This document shows, piece by piece, positions 1-10,016 of a stretch of 64,000 nt of DNA. Position numbers and translations under genes: made by a program. The notes under the pieces were generated by a model. The model did no database searches. It had not been told where the DNA came from and worked only from the letters and a program-made list of their open reading frames with translations. This DNA comes from an uncultured virus (IMG/VR IMGVR_UViG_3300036045_000006) (taxonomy: Duplodnaviria; Heunggongvirae; Uroviricota; Caudoviricetes), in IMG/VR virus record IMGVR_UViG_3300036045_000006. One strand, given 5' to 3'. How positions within the stretch are numbered: the first letter of the stretch is position 1; each line of letters starts with the position of its first letter.

Positions 1-942
1 CGCTGCGCCGCACAGACAGTGCGGATGCGCGGGCGGGATGCGCGCGCTGTCGTAAGGGTAGGGCTCCTTCAGCCGCTCCCGGCCCATGCCGAGCGTTGCC
101 AGATCGTCGCACACATCGCGTTTCGGGTGCGAGGGTGAGAGTAACCAGTCCATGCCGACGGAATACGGGTTGAGAAGCCCGGCGGCAAACGACGCCTGCG
201 CCGCGGCGTGACTGATCTCCGTGCGCGCCAGGCGCATCGCATCGAAACTCGCATCGCGTCCGTAAGGGCGGCGGGTTCGCAGCTGCGCGCGACCGGGGAT
301 CAGAAACCGGCTGACCTGGCGCTCGATGTATTCCGCGCCGCGACCCTGATTGATCAACTCCGTCAGCAGTTGATCCAGCATTCGCCGCGTGCGGTCAGAC
401 GTGTACCAGATACGATCGGACAACCGGTAACCGTTGGCATCAACCCAGGTGTGCATCGGCTCATAACGCGCCAGAGGGTTGGGCATGAACAGCCCCAGCG
501 CGTCGATCCAGGCGCGGGTCCGATCGGTCACTGATTCGGCCACCGTGCCGGTGCGATTGGCATTTCGCAGCCATGTGTAGACCTCATCCGGCGCATGCTG
601 CTGGAGATATTTATGGTGAGCAGCCACGGTGACAATAACCGCACGTGCATAGCTGCGATTAAGAGTCTGCGCAAAGGGCGACCGGGCCGTCACACCGTCC
701 GCGCCAAAAGGGAGGCGGGTGGCCGGATCGACGAACATCCCGTACACCGCGTCTTCCGCTGATCGCCGTAGGCTGGCGATGGCGCGTGAGTCGTTGGGGT
801 TGATGCGTCCGTTATTGGAGACGCGCCGCACCGCCGCGTTGACGGTATCGGCCACGCCGGTAAACTGCGCCTTGATCTCCCGTTCAGCATCTTTTTGCAG
901 TCGGCCCAGGATGCGTCCGGTGTTGATCGGATTTTTAGGCAT
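1..942 (-). CDS. MuF-like minor head (head morphogenesis) protein, truncated at the left window edge
   Basis: Absent from the ORF track because it has no stop inside the window. ATG at 942 overlaps the upstream TGA (TGATG). It translates MPKNPINTGRILG...MRLARTEITHA...WLLSPSHPKRDVCDDLA...IPPAHPHCLC, matching the MuF RxARTE and PxHPxCxC motifs. Confidence 0.85.
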   Translation of the reverse strand, partial: MPKNPINTGRILGRLQKDAEREIKAQFTGVADTVNAAVRRVSNNGRINPNDSRAIASLRRSAEDAVYGMFVDPATRLPFGADGVTARSPFAQTLNRSYARAVIVTVAAHHKYLQQHAPDEVYTWLRNANRTGTVAESVTDRTRAWIDALGLFMPNPLARYEPMHTWVDANGYRLSDRIWYTSDRTRRMLDQLLTELINQGRGAEYIERQVSRFLIPGRAQLRTRRPYGRDASFDAMRLARTEISHAAAQASFAAGLLNPYSVGMDWLLSPSHPKRDVCDDLATLGMGRERLKEPYPYDSARIPPAHPHCLCGAA

Positions 943-3900
943 CAGAAGAATACGCTGTCGCGGATATGGAAACGACGTTCGATCGCGCCGGTGGCCGGAC
1001 CCGTGCCTTCCCAGCGGTAATAATAATCGCCTTCCTGCATTGGAACCAGCAGCATTCGGTAGATGCCCACCGCCACACGAACCAAACTGGGTTCCTGGTC
1101 AAAGGTATACATAAGCGTGACGCCGTCAGGGAATTTCAGTCGCAGTCGTACTGTTTCAGGATCGCGCGCCTGTCCGCGAACGGAAAAAGTCACATGCAGA
1201 TAGATCAAGTCGCCGGGATCGTAGACATTTACCCGCCGCCGGGTGGGCGCGGGCATGGTCTCATCGATACTGTCGGTGGCGCGTATCAATGCCGGACGCC
1301 GCCAGTCGCCAACCTCTGGAATGCCAAAGGCGATCGGTATTTGAAAACCTGGGGGACGGATATCAACCGCTCCCGGAATTAAAGCCGGCACACCCATATG
1401 CAGCAGGCTCAGTCCGACAGGCGCGATCACTACGTTTGACACACCCACCGTGGGCGCGCCCAACGTTATTGGAAGTAACAGTGCAGGAGGGGTAATTTCC
1501 ACAGCGCCGCGCGCAACTGCTGGATTGCCCAAACTGCTGGGCAGGCTGACTCCGACGGGCGTGATTGCCACTTCGCCAGGCTGAACGATCGGGATATTGA
1601 TTGTGATCGGCACATGAATACCACCGGGAGCAATCATTACCGGCCCAGGAGCGATGACGGGTGCGCCCAGCGCGATAGGCACCGCAATCCCGGTCATCTC
1701 CAGCTCCTGCACGCCAGCGACATTCAAGGTTGGCTCGCCAATGACCACCGGGACAGCGATACCAGGCGGCGCGACCTGCACTGCGCCGGGAGTCACCGTC
1801 GGAGTGCCAGGCGTAATCGGAAGGCCCAATCCGCCCACTTCGGTGATGGTGTAACGTGGCGTGAGGACGATCCCTCCTAACGTCACCGGGACAGCGATAC
1901 CAGGCGGCGCGATTTGCACAGCGTCGTACTGGGTTGTGAAATTCCCGAACGCGACAGGGATACCAACCCCCGTGGGCGTCATGGAAACAGCGCCAACCGT
2001 GACGGAAGGCGACCCCAGCGCCATCGGCACGCTGATCGATGAGGGCATGACGGTCACGTTCCCCGTTGTGACGACAGGTGTGCCCATCGCAATCGAGACG
2101 GGAAGTCCGGCCGGAGCAACGGTCACTGCGCCAACAGTCACTGTCGGTGTGCCCATCGTCAGAATGCTGCCCAGCGACGGCGGGGAGATCGAGGTGGTAT
2201 TAGGCACAACCTCGATCGTGCCCAGCGCGATAGGCGTCGCAATGCCGGGCGGTGCGACGGGGATATCACCCGGTGTGAGGTTAGGTGTACCGAACATGAC
2301 AGGCACAGCCAGACCTGACGGAGCAATGGTCGCTGCACCCACATTCACGGTAGGCGCGCCGAGAGTGATAGCAGTAGCGATGCCGGGAGGTGAGAGCGCA
2401 ACAGCGCCCCGTGTCACGGTAGGCGCGCCGAGAGTGATAGCAGTAGCGATGCCGGGAGGTTGAATGACCGCCGACGTTTGAATGGTAGGCGCGCCCATGG
2501 CAATGGACACAGCAATTCCAGACGGAGACAGCACACGTTCGCCAGGGACAATCGTCGCTGCACCTAAGCCGATCGGCACGACGATCCCGGATGGCGCAAC
2601 ATTTACCGCGCCAACCGTGAGCGCGGGTGCGCCAACAGTTACGGATACGGCGATCCCGGATGGCGAAAGGGTCTGTCCTCCGGAGATCGTCCACGTCCAT
2701 TCCAGCGTGTTTGCCACATTGGGATAATCAGCGTTATAGACGTAAACGACCGTGCTGTACGAATCCTCGGCCTCCATCGAGACCGTGCCTGTGATGTCGC
2801 CGGTTGAGTCGTCGATATCCAGACCCAGCGGCAAACCCTGAGCCCTGAAGATCAGTCCGGCGCCCGGATCGGTTGCTGAGACAGGCAGGTCGATCACTGC
2901 ACCGCGATTGCTGGTTTGATTGCCTGGACTGGTCGCTACCGGCCCGACGTACCACGCCTCGATACCGGAGACATACGGATCGCCTGTGACACGATCTAGC
3001 AGCACAGTCAACGGACTATCAGCCGTCACCGTATAGTATTTGGCGCAGGCCCGCAAAGTGCCGCCCGCGAAGCTGGCCGGGTCAAAGTTGCTTTCCACCG
3101 TTGCGCCTTCGATCAGAATGTTAAAAACGCGCGACCCCGCCGACTCATTTGCCATCCAGTACAGGCAGATTTCCCACCTGCCTGACGGATACCCGTCTGT
3201 CGCAAATGGGAACGTCCACGTCAGGTCATCCGGGCTGCTGACATTCCGGCGTGATCGAAACAGCGCCATCGGTGTGCGACTGCGCACACTCGAATGAATC
3301 TGACTGATGGTATAGCTGTTATCCCCGTTAAAGGTTCCCGCCGGACTGTGAAGGTTTGAAGGAGACGAACCGTCAGCCGCAAAGTTCTGCGCGCCGTCCA
3401 CCTGTAACAGCGCGGCGGAGGCGGATCCACCCGCGTTGACGCGATACCCGACCGAGTTTGCACGCCACTGAATGGACTTCCAGCGCGTGCTGTCAAGATC
3501 GGCTGCCACGCCGAGCAGTTCGTATCCATCCAGTTCCTGACTGTCGTTTGACCGCAGCGAGGTGATGGTGCGGTTGGCGTCATTCCAGCGATACCGGCTC
3601 TGCCCGGTCTGCCCGGAGACCACGCGGTAGATATTGCGGTTAAATACATTGTTGTGCGTAGCCCAGAAATTGGCGTTGTCAAAATCTGTCACCACGCCTG
3701 ACGCACCAGCGGAACCCTTGTAAATAATCACGTTGTCCGTGATCGTATTGTTCTTTCCTGTCCAGACCCCGTAAGCGCCAGAGCCGCGATTTTGATTGAC
3801 CACGCCGATGCCGTTGCCGCCATCGGAATCCACGACGCAGAGATTCCGCCGCACGATGCAGCCCTGACCGGAGTGCATCAGGATCTGCGATCCCCACAGC

Positions 3901-5687
3901 CAATTATCGTAACCTTTCCCGTTTCTTAAGAGAATATTATCTTCGATATAAGTAGTGCCGTAGCTGATCTCGTACTGAATGCCCGGCGACGAGCAATCGG
4001 TGATCAGATTCCGACGAATCATCCCATTTCGGTTATCAATGTCGTACCAAATGCCCTTTGCGCCGGTATGATGCACGTAACAGTCTTCGACGACGGCGTT
4101 GTTGGAGTATTTGATCTTCGAGCCGCCCGCTTCCCAGCCTGCATCATATCTGGCGTAGTTGTGCCAGGAGACTTCAGAGCGCCGAATAATGAAATCGTCC
4201 CCGGTGCCGCCAAAGCCCATCTGCCCGCACTCGGTAATGAGTGAGTCCTCGATCACCATCGACGGGCCGATGTTTACCCCCGTCCCGTGAACATGCCGGA
4301 TGATGCAATTGCGAATGATCCACGCGGACGTGTTATCCCCGTGGATACCGCCGCGCTGTTCGCGCACGGCCACTTTTTCGACGGTCAGATTTTCGATGGT
4401 CACCCCCGTGGCCGAACCACGGATCAAGCCCTCACTTGAGGAATTGACCACCGAGGTCTCGACGAGGTGACCGCTCGGATCATCTTTGATATAGATGCGA
4501 TCGGCCGTGTAGTCAAAGTACCATCCGCCAGTCGCCAGCGCGCTCAGGCTGGTATGGTGACGAAGCGGCACATCATCGAAGAACAGATCCTCTGGCCGTA
4601 TCGCCCGCTCGTAGCCAGCCTGAGCGCGATCCAGCGGATCACCGGAGTAAAAAAAGCCCTCCTGCGTCTGACCGGTCACGTACCAGCGACCCCCGTTGGT
4701 TGACTCGAATATCCAACCCGTAAGGATTTTCGCGCCGGAGAGTGTCACCTCATCGCGGTTCAGGCCAGCGGCTGCGCGCAGGGTATCGCCATTCTTCGGC
4801 TGGATATTCCCGCCCGGCAGACGATACAGTCCCGCATTAAAAATATAGGTCGTTCCCCCGGAGCCAGCATTGATCACAGCCTGGACATCATCACCGGGAT
4901 TAAATGTGTGCGTGTTGGGCGGTGTTGAGCCGGACGCGGCCGCACGACGCGGCGGCTCCATAAGCGCAAACGGATTTTCGTAGGCGGTACGAATTTCATC
5001 GGCCGTGAGCGCCCGCGCCCAGATCGCGGCCAACACCATATATCCCGAGGCGCCCGTTCCGGTCGAACTGTTGGAACGGTTCAGTAGTGTGATCGGTTGC
5101 TGCGCGCCCCAATCCACATCGCCATTGGCTGCGGATTTGGCCGCGCCGTGCTGCGCGCCGTTGCGGTAAAAGATCACCGACGACCCCGACCGGGTGACGG
5201 CATACTGCGTCATCCCATCGTTGACGGAAATAAAGCCACTGTCTGAGGTGGTCAGAATTCGGGAGCTGTTGGCTGCGTACTCAAACGCACCCTGGCTGCC
5301 CGATCCTTCGCGGCCCAGACCGATTGAAACCAGCGGGGTCACCCATGTGCCACTGGCATACGGCACAGTGAGGACACGTCCAGATGAGGTGATGCCCGGC
5401 ATCCAGGCCCACACCAGGATCGTCAGGTCGCGCTTGATCTCCAACAGACGCGGCGAAAAGCTGTAATAACCGCCGCCGGTGGATGTACTGTTGGATCGCA
5501 GCGACGTTCCCATGGCGGTGTGATAGTTGGATGTGATCGAGCCGCTGGCGAGCAGTTGCAGCGGTGCGCGATGCAGAAACTCAAAAACGTGATCCGGCCC
5601 TGGCGCCGCGAACCAAACCAACCCGCGCGCAAGCGGGTGATCGACATTCAGCCTGGCACCGCGCGCGGGCTTGATCCGGGCGATCAT
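942..5687 (-). CDS. ~1581-aa multidomain virion fibre/adhesin: LamG/ConA-like, parallel beta-helix, malectin-like and Ig-like domains, 20 x 23-aa repeats, C-terminal beta-sandwich
   Basis: Likely start is ATG 5687 (TAATG overlap with the upstream gene). LamG-like YAVTRSGSSVIFYRNG...AIWARALTADEI; beta-helix with repeated IxNCxI/IEDN units; malectin-like YRVNAGG...GSRVFNILIEG...YVSGIE; Ig-like FRAQGLPLGLDIDDSTGDITGT. Confidence 0.8.
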   Translation of the reverse strand: MIARIKPARGARLNVDHPLARGLVWFAAPGPDHVFEFLHRAPLQLLASGSITSNYHTAMGTSLRSNSTSTGGGYYSFSPRLLEIKRDLTILVWAWMPGITSSGRVLTVPYASGTWVTPLVSIGLGREGSGSQGAFEYAANSSRILTTSDSGFISVNDGMTQYAVTRSGSSVIFYRNGAQHGAAKSAANGDVDWGAQQPITLLNRSNSSTGTGASGYMVLAAIWARALTADEIRTAYENPFALMEPPRRAAASGSTPPNTHTFNPGDDVQAVINAGSGGTTYIFNAGLYRLPGGNIQPKNGDTLRAAAGLNRDEVTLSGAKILTGWIFESTNGGRWYVTGQTQEGFFYSGDPLDRAQAGYERAIRPEDLFFDDVPLRHHTSLSALATGGWYFDYTADRIYIKDDPSGHLVETSVVNSSSEGLIRGSATGVTIENLTVEKVAVREQRGGIHGDNTSAWIIRNCIIRHVHGTGVNIGPSMVIEDSLITECGQMGFGGTGDDFIIRRSEVSWHNYARYDAGWEAGGSKIKYSNNAVVEDCYVHHTGAKGIWYDIDNRNGMIRRNLITDCSSPGIQYEISYGTTYIEDNILLRNGKGYDNWLWGSQILMHSGQGCIVRRNLCVVDSDGGNGIGVVNQNRGSGAYGVWTGKNNTITDNVIIYKGSAGASGVVTDFDNANFWATHNNVFNRNIYRVVSGQTGQSRYRWNDANRTITSLRSNDSQELDGYELLGVAADLDSTRWKSIQWRANSVGYRVNAGGSASAALLQVDGAQNFAADGSSPSNLHSPAGTFNGDNSYTISQIHSSVRSRTPMALFRSRRNVSSPDDLTWTFPFATDGYPSGRWEICLYWMANESAGSRVFNILIEGATVESNFDPASFAGGTLRACAKYYTVTADSPLTVLLDRVTGDPYVSGIEAWYVGPVATSPGNQTSNRGAVIDLPVSATDPGAGLIFRAQGLPLGLDIDDSTGDITGTVSMEAEDSYSTVVYVYNADYPNVANTLEWTWTISGGQTLSPSGIAVSVTVGAPALTVGAVNVAPSGIVVPIGLGAATIVPGERVLSPSGIAVSIAMGAPTIQTSAVIQPPGIATAITLGAPTVTRGAVALSPPGIATAITLGAPTVNVGAATIAPSGLAVPVMFGTPNLTPGDIPVAPPGIATPIALGTIEVVPNTTSISPPSLGSILTMGTPTVTVGAVTVAPAGLPVSIAMGTPVVTTGNVTVMPSSISVPMALGSPSVTVGAVSMTPTGVGIPVAFGNFTTQYDAVQIAPPGIAVPVTLGGIVLTPRYTITEVGGLGLPITPGTPTVTPGAVQVAPPGIAVPVVIGEPTLNVAGVQELEMTGIAVPIALGAPVIAPGPVMIAPGGIHVPITINIPIVQPGEVAITPVGVSLPSSLGNPAVARGAVEITPPALLLPITLGAPTVGVSNVVIAPVGLSLLHMGVPALIPGAVDIRPPGFQIPIAFGIPEVGDWRRPALIRATDSIDETMPAPTRRRVNVYDPGDLIYLHVTFSVRGQARDPETVRLRLKFPDGVTLMYTFDQEPSLVRVAVGIYRMLLVPMQEGDYYYRWEGTGPATGAIERRFHIRDSVFF
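1310..2675 (-). repeat. Coding tandem repeat, ~20 units of 23 aa (69 nt), consensus about [VI]xPxG[IL]xxP[IV]xxGxPx[VL]xxGxV
   Basis: Units counted in the translation. Exact 47-nt duplication at 2345-2391 and 2414-2460 (period 69); another shared block near 1746 and 1884 (period 138). Confidence 0.9.
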
Positions 5688-6043
5688 TACAGATTGATCC
5701 CGTTCTTGCGATACCGCATATTTGCGGACGTGAGCGTATCCGTCGTGCCGGAGCGTTTGACGCCGACCCGGAACTGATATACCCCCTCCACGATAAACGT
5801 CACCTGGCAAGGATCGATCGTGTTCAGCACGCGCACCGCGATAAACGGTACATCGTCCCAGTTCGTGCCGTCGACGGTTCCGTAAACGCTTACGTCTCCG
5901 TGATCAGTGGGCGTCGACGGAAAATCCACGTCCACCGTCACATGGGCCAACTCTCCTGGATTGAGGATCGGCGTCTGGTTGAATAACTGCTCAGTCGTGA
6001 TACTGGTTAACTGAGTAGCGGTAACCGTACTTCCCCAGGCCAT
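5687..6043 (-). CDS. Small beta-rich virion structural protein (118 aa)
   Basis: Translationally coupled to the adhesin; beta-sandwich-like pattern VSVYGTVDGTNWDD...YQFRVGV. Confidence 0.6.
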   Translation of the reverse strand: MAWGSTVTATQLTSITTEQLFNQTPILNPGELAHVTVDVDFPSTPTDHGDVSVYGTVDGTNWDDVPFIAVRVLNTIDPCQVTFIVEGVYQFRVGVKRSGTTDTLTSANMRYRKNGINL

Positions 6044-6047
6044 TGGA

Positions 6048-6458
6048 CTAACCGATCTTCAGGATACGGTTTGTGCCGTTGTCCCAGGTGACGGTGATAT
6101 TGCCACCGTTGGGCAGCACCGGCAGTCCGGTAGCGGTGTCGAAATAGCAGATCAGTCGGCTGGTGCCTTCTGTGCCCGTGTGGATATAGAGCACCACAGC
6201 CTCTGACTGCGGTCCGGACACGCTGGAAAACGTCACATCGTTGGCATCAAAAACGCCATTCGTAACGGTGATGCCGCCAAGCGTGCCGCTTACCGCAGTA
6301 CGCGCGCCGACCGGAATATCATCCAGGAAATCATGGGTGGTCAGATTGACCGTGTACTGACCATTATCGACCAGAATCGCCCGGATATCAGCGACATCGA
6401 AATCGATATCGCCTTTCAGCAGCGCTTCTGCAAATTTCACATACGTTCCGTTGGCCAT
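6048..6458 (-). CDS. Small virion fibre-associated structural protein (136 aa)
   Basis: RBS AGGAGG. MANxxY...DIDFD...FDANDVTF...LPVLPNGGNITVTW resembles small proteins commonly found next to phage fibre genes. Confidence 0.65.
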   Translation of the reverse strand: MANGTYVKFAEALLKGDIDFDVADIRAILVDNGQYTVNLTTHDFLDDIPVGARTAVSGTLGGITVTNGVFDANDVTFSSVSGPQSEAVVLYIHTGTEGTSRLICYFDTATGLPVLPNGGNITVTWDNGTNRILKIG

Positions 6459-6467
6459 AAAGTCCTC

Positions 6468-7928
6468 CTATGCGGCCTGAATTTCCTCGTCCTCTTCCGT
6501 CGCCGTATCATCGGCGTCCGGCTCGATCAACAAATCATCGAGCGCTGTATCGTAGGGATCGCGCAGTTGGGCCGCCTCTTCGTCGGCGGCAGCGATCGCA
6601 TCGCGCGGATTCTTGATGTTGATGGGCAGTTTTTCCAGCAGCGTTTCACGGTCAATCGCCTGCTCTTCGCGGGCCAGACGCAGCGCGTTGAGGATCAATT
6701 CGCCGTTGTCTTTGGTCAACGTTTCCCACTCTATGGATGGGCGATCCGTCTCCCGAACACGGCGATCCACGGCGGCATACAGCGCCACCACCAACCCGAT
6801 CAGTTCCGTTACCCAGCCGGCAGCCTGGGCGCGATGCATCTCGATCACCCGTTCAAAAACCGGCAGCTGCGTCTCAGCCGAGGCTTTGCTGGAGGCAATG
6901 GCATTACCCATCACAAATTCCGGAATCTCGGCATGTTCGATGTAGAGGTAGAAGTACAATCCGAGCAGCCGTTCCGTTTCGGTGATAAAAGGCTGCGGCG
7001 ACTCCCATTTGAAATCGGCTTCGCCCGCCAGCGTGACCAGCCGATCGGCGTCAAACTCGATCTCTGTCCATTGCTCAACCGTGCCATCCGCGTTGGTACG
7101 CGATCGGGAATGGCCAAATTCCTCCATGAACTTTTTTACCGCCTGGAGGTTGCCCATTTTTTTCATGACCGGCGTGGATCGGCCCTGCCGGATATTGCCC
7201 GACGTAGCCGAGGACAGCACTTCGTTGTAGTTGTACAGCGCGGGCAGCAGCGGTTCGCCGATCGAGCGACCAAACAGTTCGTTGTCGTCGCAGTTGGCTG
7301 CGATGTGAACCACCGGGACGCGGCCCAACGGGTTGGGGTATATCGTCGTCACCGGTCGCGCGGTGTTGGTGCGCACGGTGCGGACCCGCTCGGTGGCGGT
7401 ATAACGATCGGTAATGGTCTGCGTCTGCGCCGGTTCGGTCGGGTGAGGGTACACTTCGGTAAATTCCCAGCCGATGATCCGTCCAAAATCCGACGCATCC
7501 ACCAGCGGGCGGGCGACTTCCGGCTGCATCACGGTGATCGTAAAGTCGCCGTTGAGGATCAGGTAGCGATCGCCTTCCTTGTGCGCATTCATATAGGCGC
7601 GCACGATCTGATCGTGACTGCCCGACCACCACTGGTTGACCAGCTCCTGAGTGTAGGCGTTCTCAAACGCCAGTCGCGGCGCGCGGCCCAGCACCCACGA
7701 GGCGAGCTTTGACGCGAGGGGTTTGAGCAGCAGTCCCGAAAGCTCCAGCCCCTTGGCCTTGCCCAGGAACGCGCGCCGCCAAAACAGATAGTCGGTCGTC
7801 CCGACATCGCGCGTGGGTGTCGTCTGGTTCCGGAGATCGGCGCGCAACCGGTTGCGCTGCACGCTGCCGACCATGTCGCGGAGCGTGTTTCTGACCCGCC
7901 GGGTAGCGGTGATCAGCCGGTTGGGCAC
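6468..7928 (-). CDS. Portal protein
   Basis: Directly downstream of TerL, ~490 aa, SPP1-like PNPLGRVPVVHIA...FGRS motif, acidic C-terminal tail. GTG 7928 chosen because a promoter lies at about 7962-7988 (the track gives 7988). Confidence 0.85.
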   Translation of the reverse strand: MPNRLITATRRVRNTLRDMVGSVQRNRLRADLRNQTTPTRDVGTTDYLFWRRAFLGKAKGLELSGLLLKPLASKLASWVLGRAPRLAFENAYTQELVNQWWSGSHDQIVRAYMNAHKEGDRYLILNGDFTITVMQPEVARPLVDASDFGRIIGWEFTEVYPHPTEPAQTQTITDRYTATERVRTVRTNTARPVTTIYPNPLGRVPVVHIAANCDDNELFGRSIGEPLLPALYNYNEVLSSATSGNIRQGRSTPVMKKMGNLQAVKKFMEEFGHSRSRTNADGTVEQWTEIEFDADRLVTLAGEADFKWESPQPFITETERLLGLYFYLYIEHAEIPEFVMGNAIASSKASAETQLPVFERVIEMHRAQAAGWVTELIGLVVALYAAVDRRVRETDRPSIEWETLTKDNGELILNALRLAREEQAIDRETLLEKLPINIKNPRDAIAAADEEAAQLRDPYDTALDDLLIEPDADDTATEEDEEIQAA

Positions 7929-7948
7929 CAGCGGATCGGGGGAAAATC

Positions 7949-7970
7949 GAACATCTGCTCTAGTATAACA
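7949..7970 (-). promoter_or_regulatory. Extended -10 promoter with LexA-type box upstream of portal
   Basis: TGtTATACT on the - strand (-10 at 7962-7967); GAACATCTGCTC at 7949-7960 (1 mismatch to GAAC-N4-GTTC). Confidence 0.6.
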
Positions 7971-7996
7971 CAATTGCGGCAGGATCAAGATCGCGT

Positions 7997-9421
7997 TTAG
8001 CGACCCTTGACCTTAGCCTGAAACATCACGCTCATGCTCTGGATGGCAAACGTCGCCCGGTTGGCCAGCGCCCACGCATCGGCGCAGTCGTCCATCTGAC
8101 CCGACGGCGCGCGCAGGCTCGACCCCTCAAGCGATAGAAGCTGCTCATACAGCGTATCGGTATGAATGACCGTGTTGCCATCGCGCAGCGCTTCAGCCGC
8201 CGCATCGTATAACAGTGTTTTCCCCTTGCTGTTGCTGAGCCATCCCGGCTTGTCGTCATAGCCATCGGCCAGCAGCAGGCGGGTATTGTCCTGAAGCCAG
8301 GCAATCACCGCATGACCGTGATTGTTGCGCTCGACCAGGATGGTCGCCTCGTTGTAAAACTCCGCCAGCAGCTGAATATATCCGGCAAACACCCCCGGCT
8401 CGAACTTGCCCGCCAGGAGTGCCACCTCCTCGCCGGTGAGCGTGTCCAGCACCACCGCCGCGCTGTCGTCGGACGTCGGATTGCCTTCGGCCGGATCGGC
8501 GCCCAGCGCGTAGGTGCGGCCGTGTTCCGGCAGCGCATACACCCGCAGGCCGGGGATCGCAGGCCCGGCATATTCAAGAGAAAGTCTCGGCTCGTAGCAC
8601 GTCATCACCCACGTCGGCGCGAAGCGTTTATCCAGCGCGCGCGGTGCGAGCGCCTCTTCGACCGTGGCCGGATACTGCTCGTAGACATCGTCCATCGATC
8701 CGGTGCGCGCCAGGATGTCGGATGCGATCGCTTTGTACCAGACTTCATCGCGTTCCGGTCGAACGTACCACGGCAGGAAAATACCCGTCCAGCCATTTTC
8801 CTGTTTCACCGCGCCACGAAAAATCCGTTTGAACTCGGACTGCGGCTTACTCTTGTCCACACGAGAGATCAGGATCAGCTTGCCACCAGCGTCGATGGTG
8901 GGCTTAACGCTGCGCATCAGGCGGTTGAGATCGGGCACGAGATCGGCCTCATCGACCATCACGATGGTGGCGGTATACGAGTCGCCGCCGGTGGTGGGAA
9001 AAGCCCGCGCCGTCGATCCATTGGAGAGGGCGAACTGCTTGGCGGCATCGACCGTCACCTGTCGGGCTTTCATCCAGTCCGGTAGACGCCGGTACATGCC
9101 GCGCAGGCGTTCGTCGGAGAGCATATAGATCGCCTCGTCATCGCGCTTGCTGAAGATCAGCGCGGTGGCGATCGGCGCGTAGATCATCTGCCAGGCAATA
9201 TAACCCAGCACCAGCCAGGACATCCCCAGCTGGCGCGCCTTCACGACCACCGTCTGCTGGTTCTCGTGCATAGCCTGAAGCGCGTCAATCTGCTCCGGCC
9301 ACAGCGTAAACGGAATCCAATCGAGCCGCTGCGGATCATAAATCTGCGTGTACGTCTCGATAAAATAACGCGGCGACGCGGCGCAGCGCAGCAGTTCATC
9401 TCTAATCCACGGGTCGCTCAT
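7997..9421 (-). CDS. terL: Terminase large subunit
   Basis: Walker A VVVKARQLGMSW, Walker B IVMVDEAD, RNase H-like nuclease motifs LGADPAEG...DDSA and MDDCADA. Confidence 0.95.
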   Translation of the reverse strand: MSDPWIRDELLRCAASPRYFIETYTQIYDPQRLDWIPFTLWPEQIDALQAMHENQQTVVVKARQLGMSWLVLGYIAWQMIYAPIATALIFSKRDDEAIYMLSDERLRGMYRRLPDWMKARQVTVDAAKQFALSNGSTARAFPTTGGDSYTATIVMVDEADLVPDLNRLMRSVKPTIDAGGKLILISRVDKSKPQSEFKRIFRGAVKQENGWTGIFLPWYVRPERDEVWYKAIASDILARTGSMDDVYEQYPATVEEALAPRALDKRFAPTWVMTCYEPRLSLEYAGPAIPGLRVYALPEHGRTYALGADPAEGNPTSDDSAAVVLDTLTGEEVALLAGKFEPGVFAGYIQLLAEFYNEATILVERNNHGHAVIAWLQDNTRLLLADGYDDKPGWLSNSKGKTLLYDAAAEALRDGNTVIHTDTLYEQLLSLEGSSLRAPSGQMDDCADAWALANRATFAIQSMSVMFQAKVKGR

Positions 9422-10016
9422 CGCCGCTCCAGCGCAACCCGTCCTCACCAGCATCCGGCTGAAGACCTTTGGCTTCCAGCTTACGCATCTGCTGAAAGAC
9501 CGCTGTCAGATCGTCGACCGAAGGCGCATTCAGGCTCTCGCCTTTACTCTGAATGTCGGTGATCTCGGTCGGATCGCCATACTCTAACCGCGACTCTTTC
9601 ATAACCAGCGACGCGGCATAGGCCAGATGCTGCATATCGCGCGGCGTCAGGGCCTTCTTCGGGTCTTTCTCGACTTTAGAGACCTCGGCCAGCAGGCGCA
9701 TAAACAGCGCGGTCAGCGCATCAATGGTGGTGGATCGCATACTGCGCGCCGCCTCACGCTTGCTGTCGGCCATCAGCTGCGCCTCGCTGCGCAGGGCCTC
9801 GTCGTAGGCCGTCGCCCGTTCGCGCCAACGGAACTTCTGAGCATATTCACGGTATGACGGCGGCACGCTGCTCAGTGGCGGATCGCCCACTTTGGCGCGT
9901 TCCTCGTTGTAAATCGCATTCAGTGACCGGCTCGATCCCATCAGCCTGAAGCGGTCGAACCGATCGAACCACATATCGGGTTCGTCCGGCAGTTGATCCC
10001 AGGGACGTTTGCTCAT
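9402..10016 (-). CDS. terS: Terminase small subunit (putative)
   Basis: Overlaps the TerL start; helical, with PWDQLPDE...FRWRERATAYD N-terminus typical of TerS-position proteins. Confidence 0.7.
   Translation of the reverse strand: MSKRPWDQLPDEPDMWFDRFDRFRLMGSSRSLNAIYNEERAKVGDPPLSSVPPSYREYAQKFRWRERATAYDEALRSEAQLMADSKREAARSMRSTTIDALTALFMRLLAEVSKVEKDPKKALTPRDMQHLAYAASLVMKESRLEYGDPTEITDIQSKGESLNAPSVDDLTAVFQQMRKLEAKGLQPDAGEDGLRWSGDERPVD

Noticed and set aside
5688..5810. N-terminal extension of the 1622-aa ORF in the track
   Set aside because: It overlaps the 118-aa gene; the TAATG junction at 5687 is the more plausible start.
6333..7712. 459-aa + strand ORF, and similar long antisense ORFs such as 10445-11320, 34812-35690 and 37555-38361
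   Set aside because: They lie opposite well-supported genes and have no motifs; typical shadow ORFs of GC-rich DNA.
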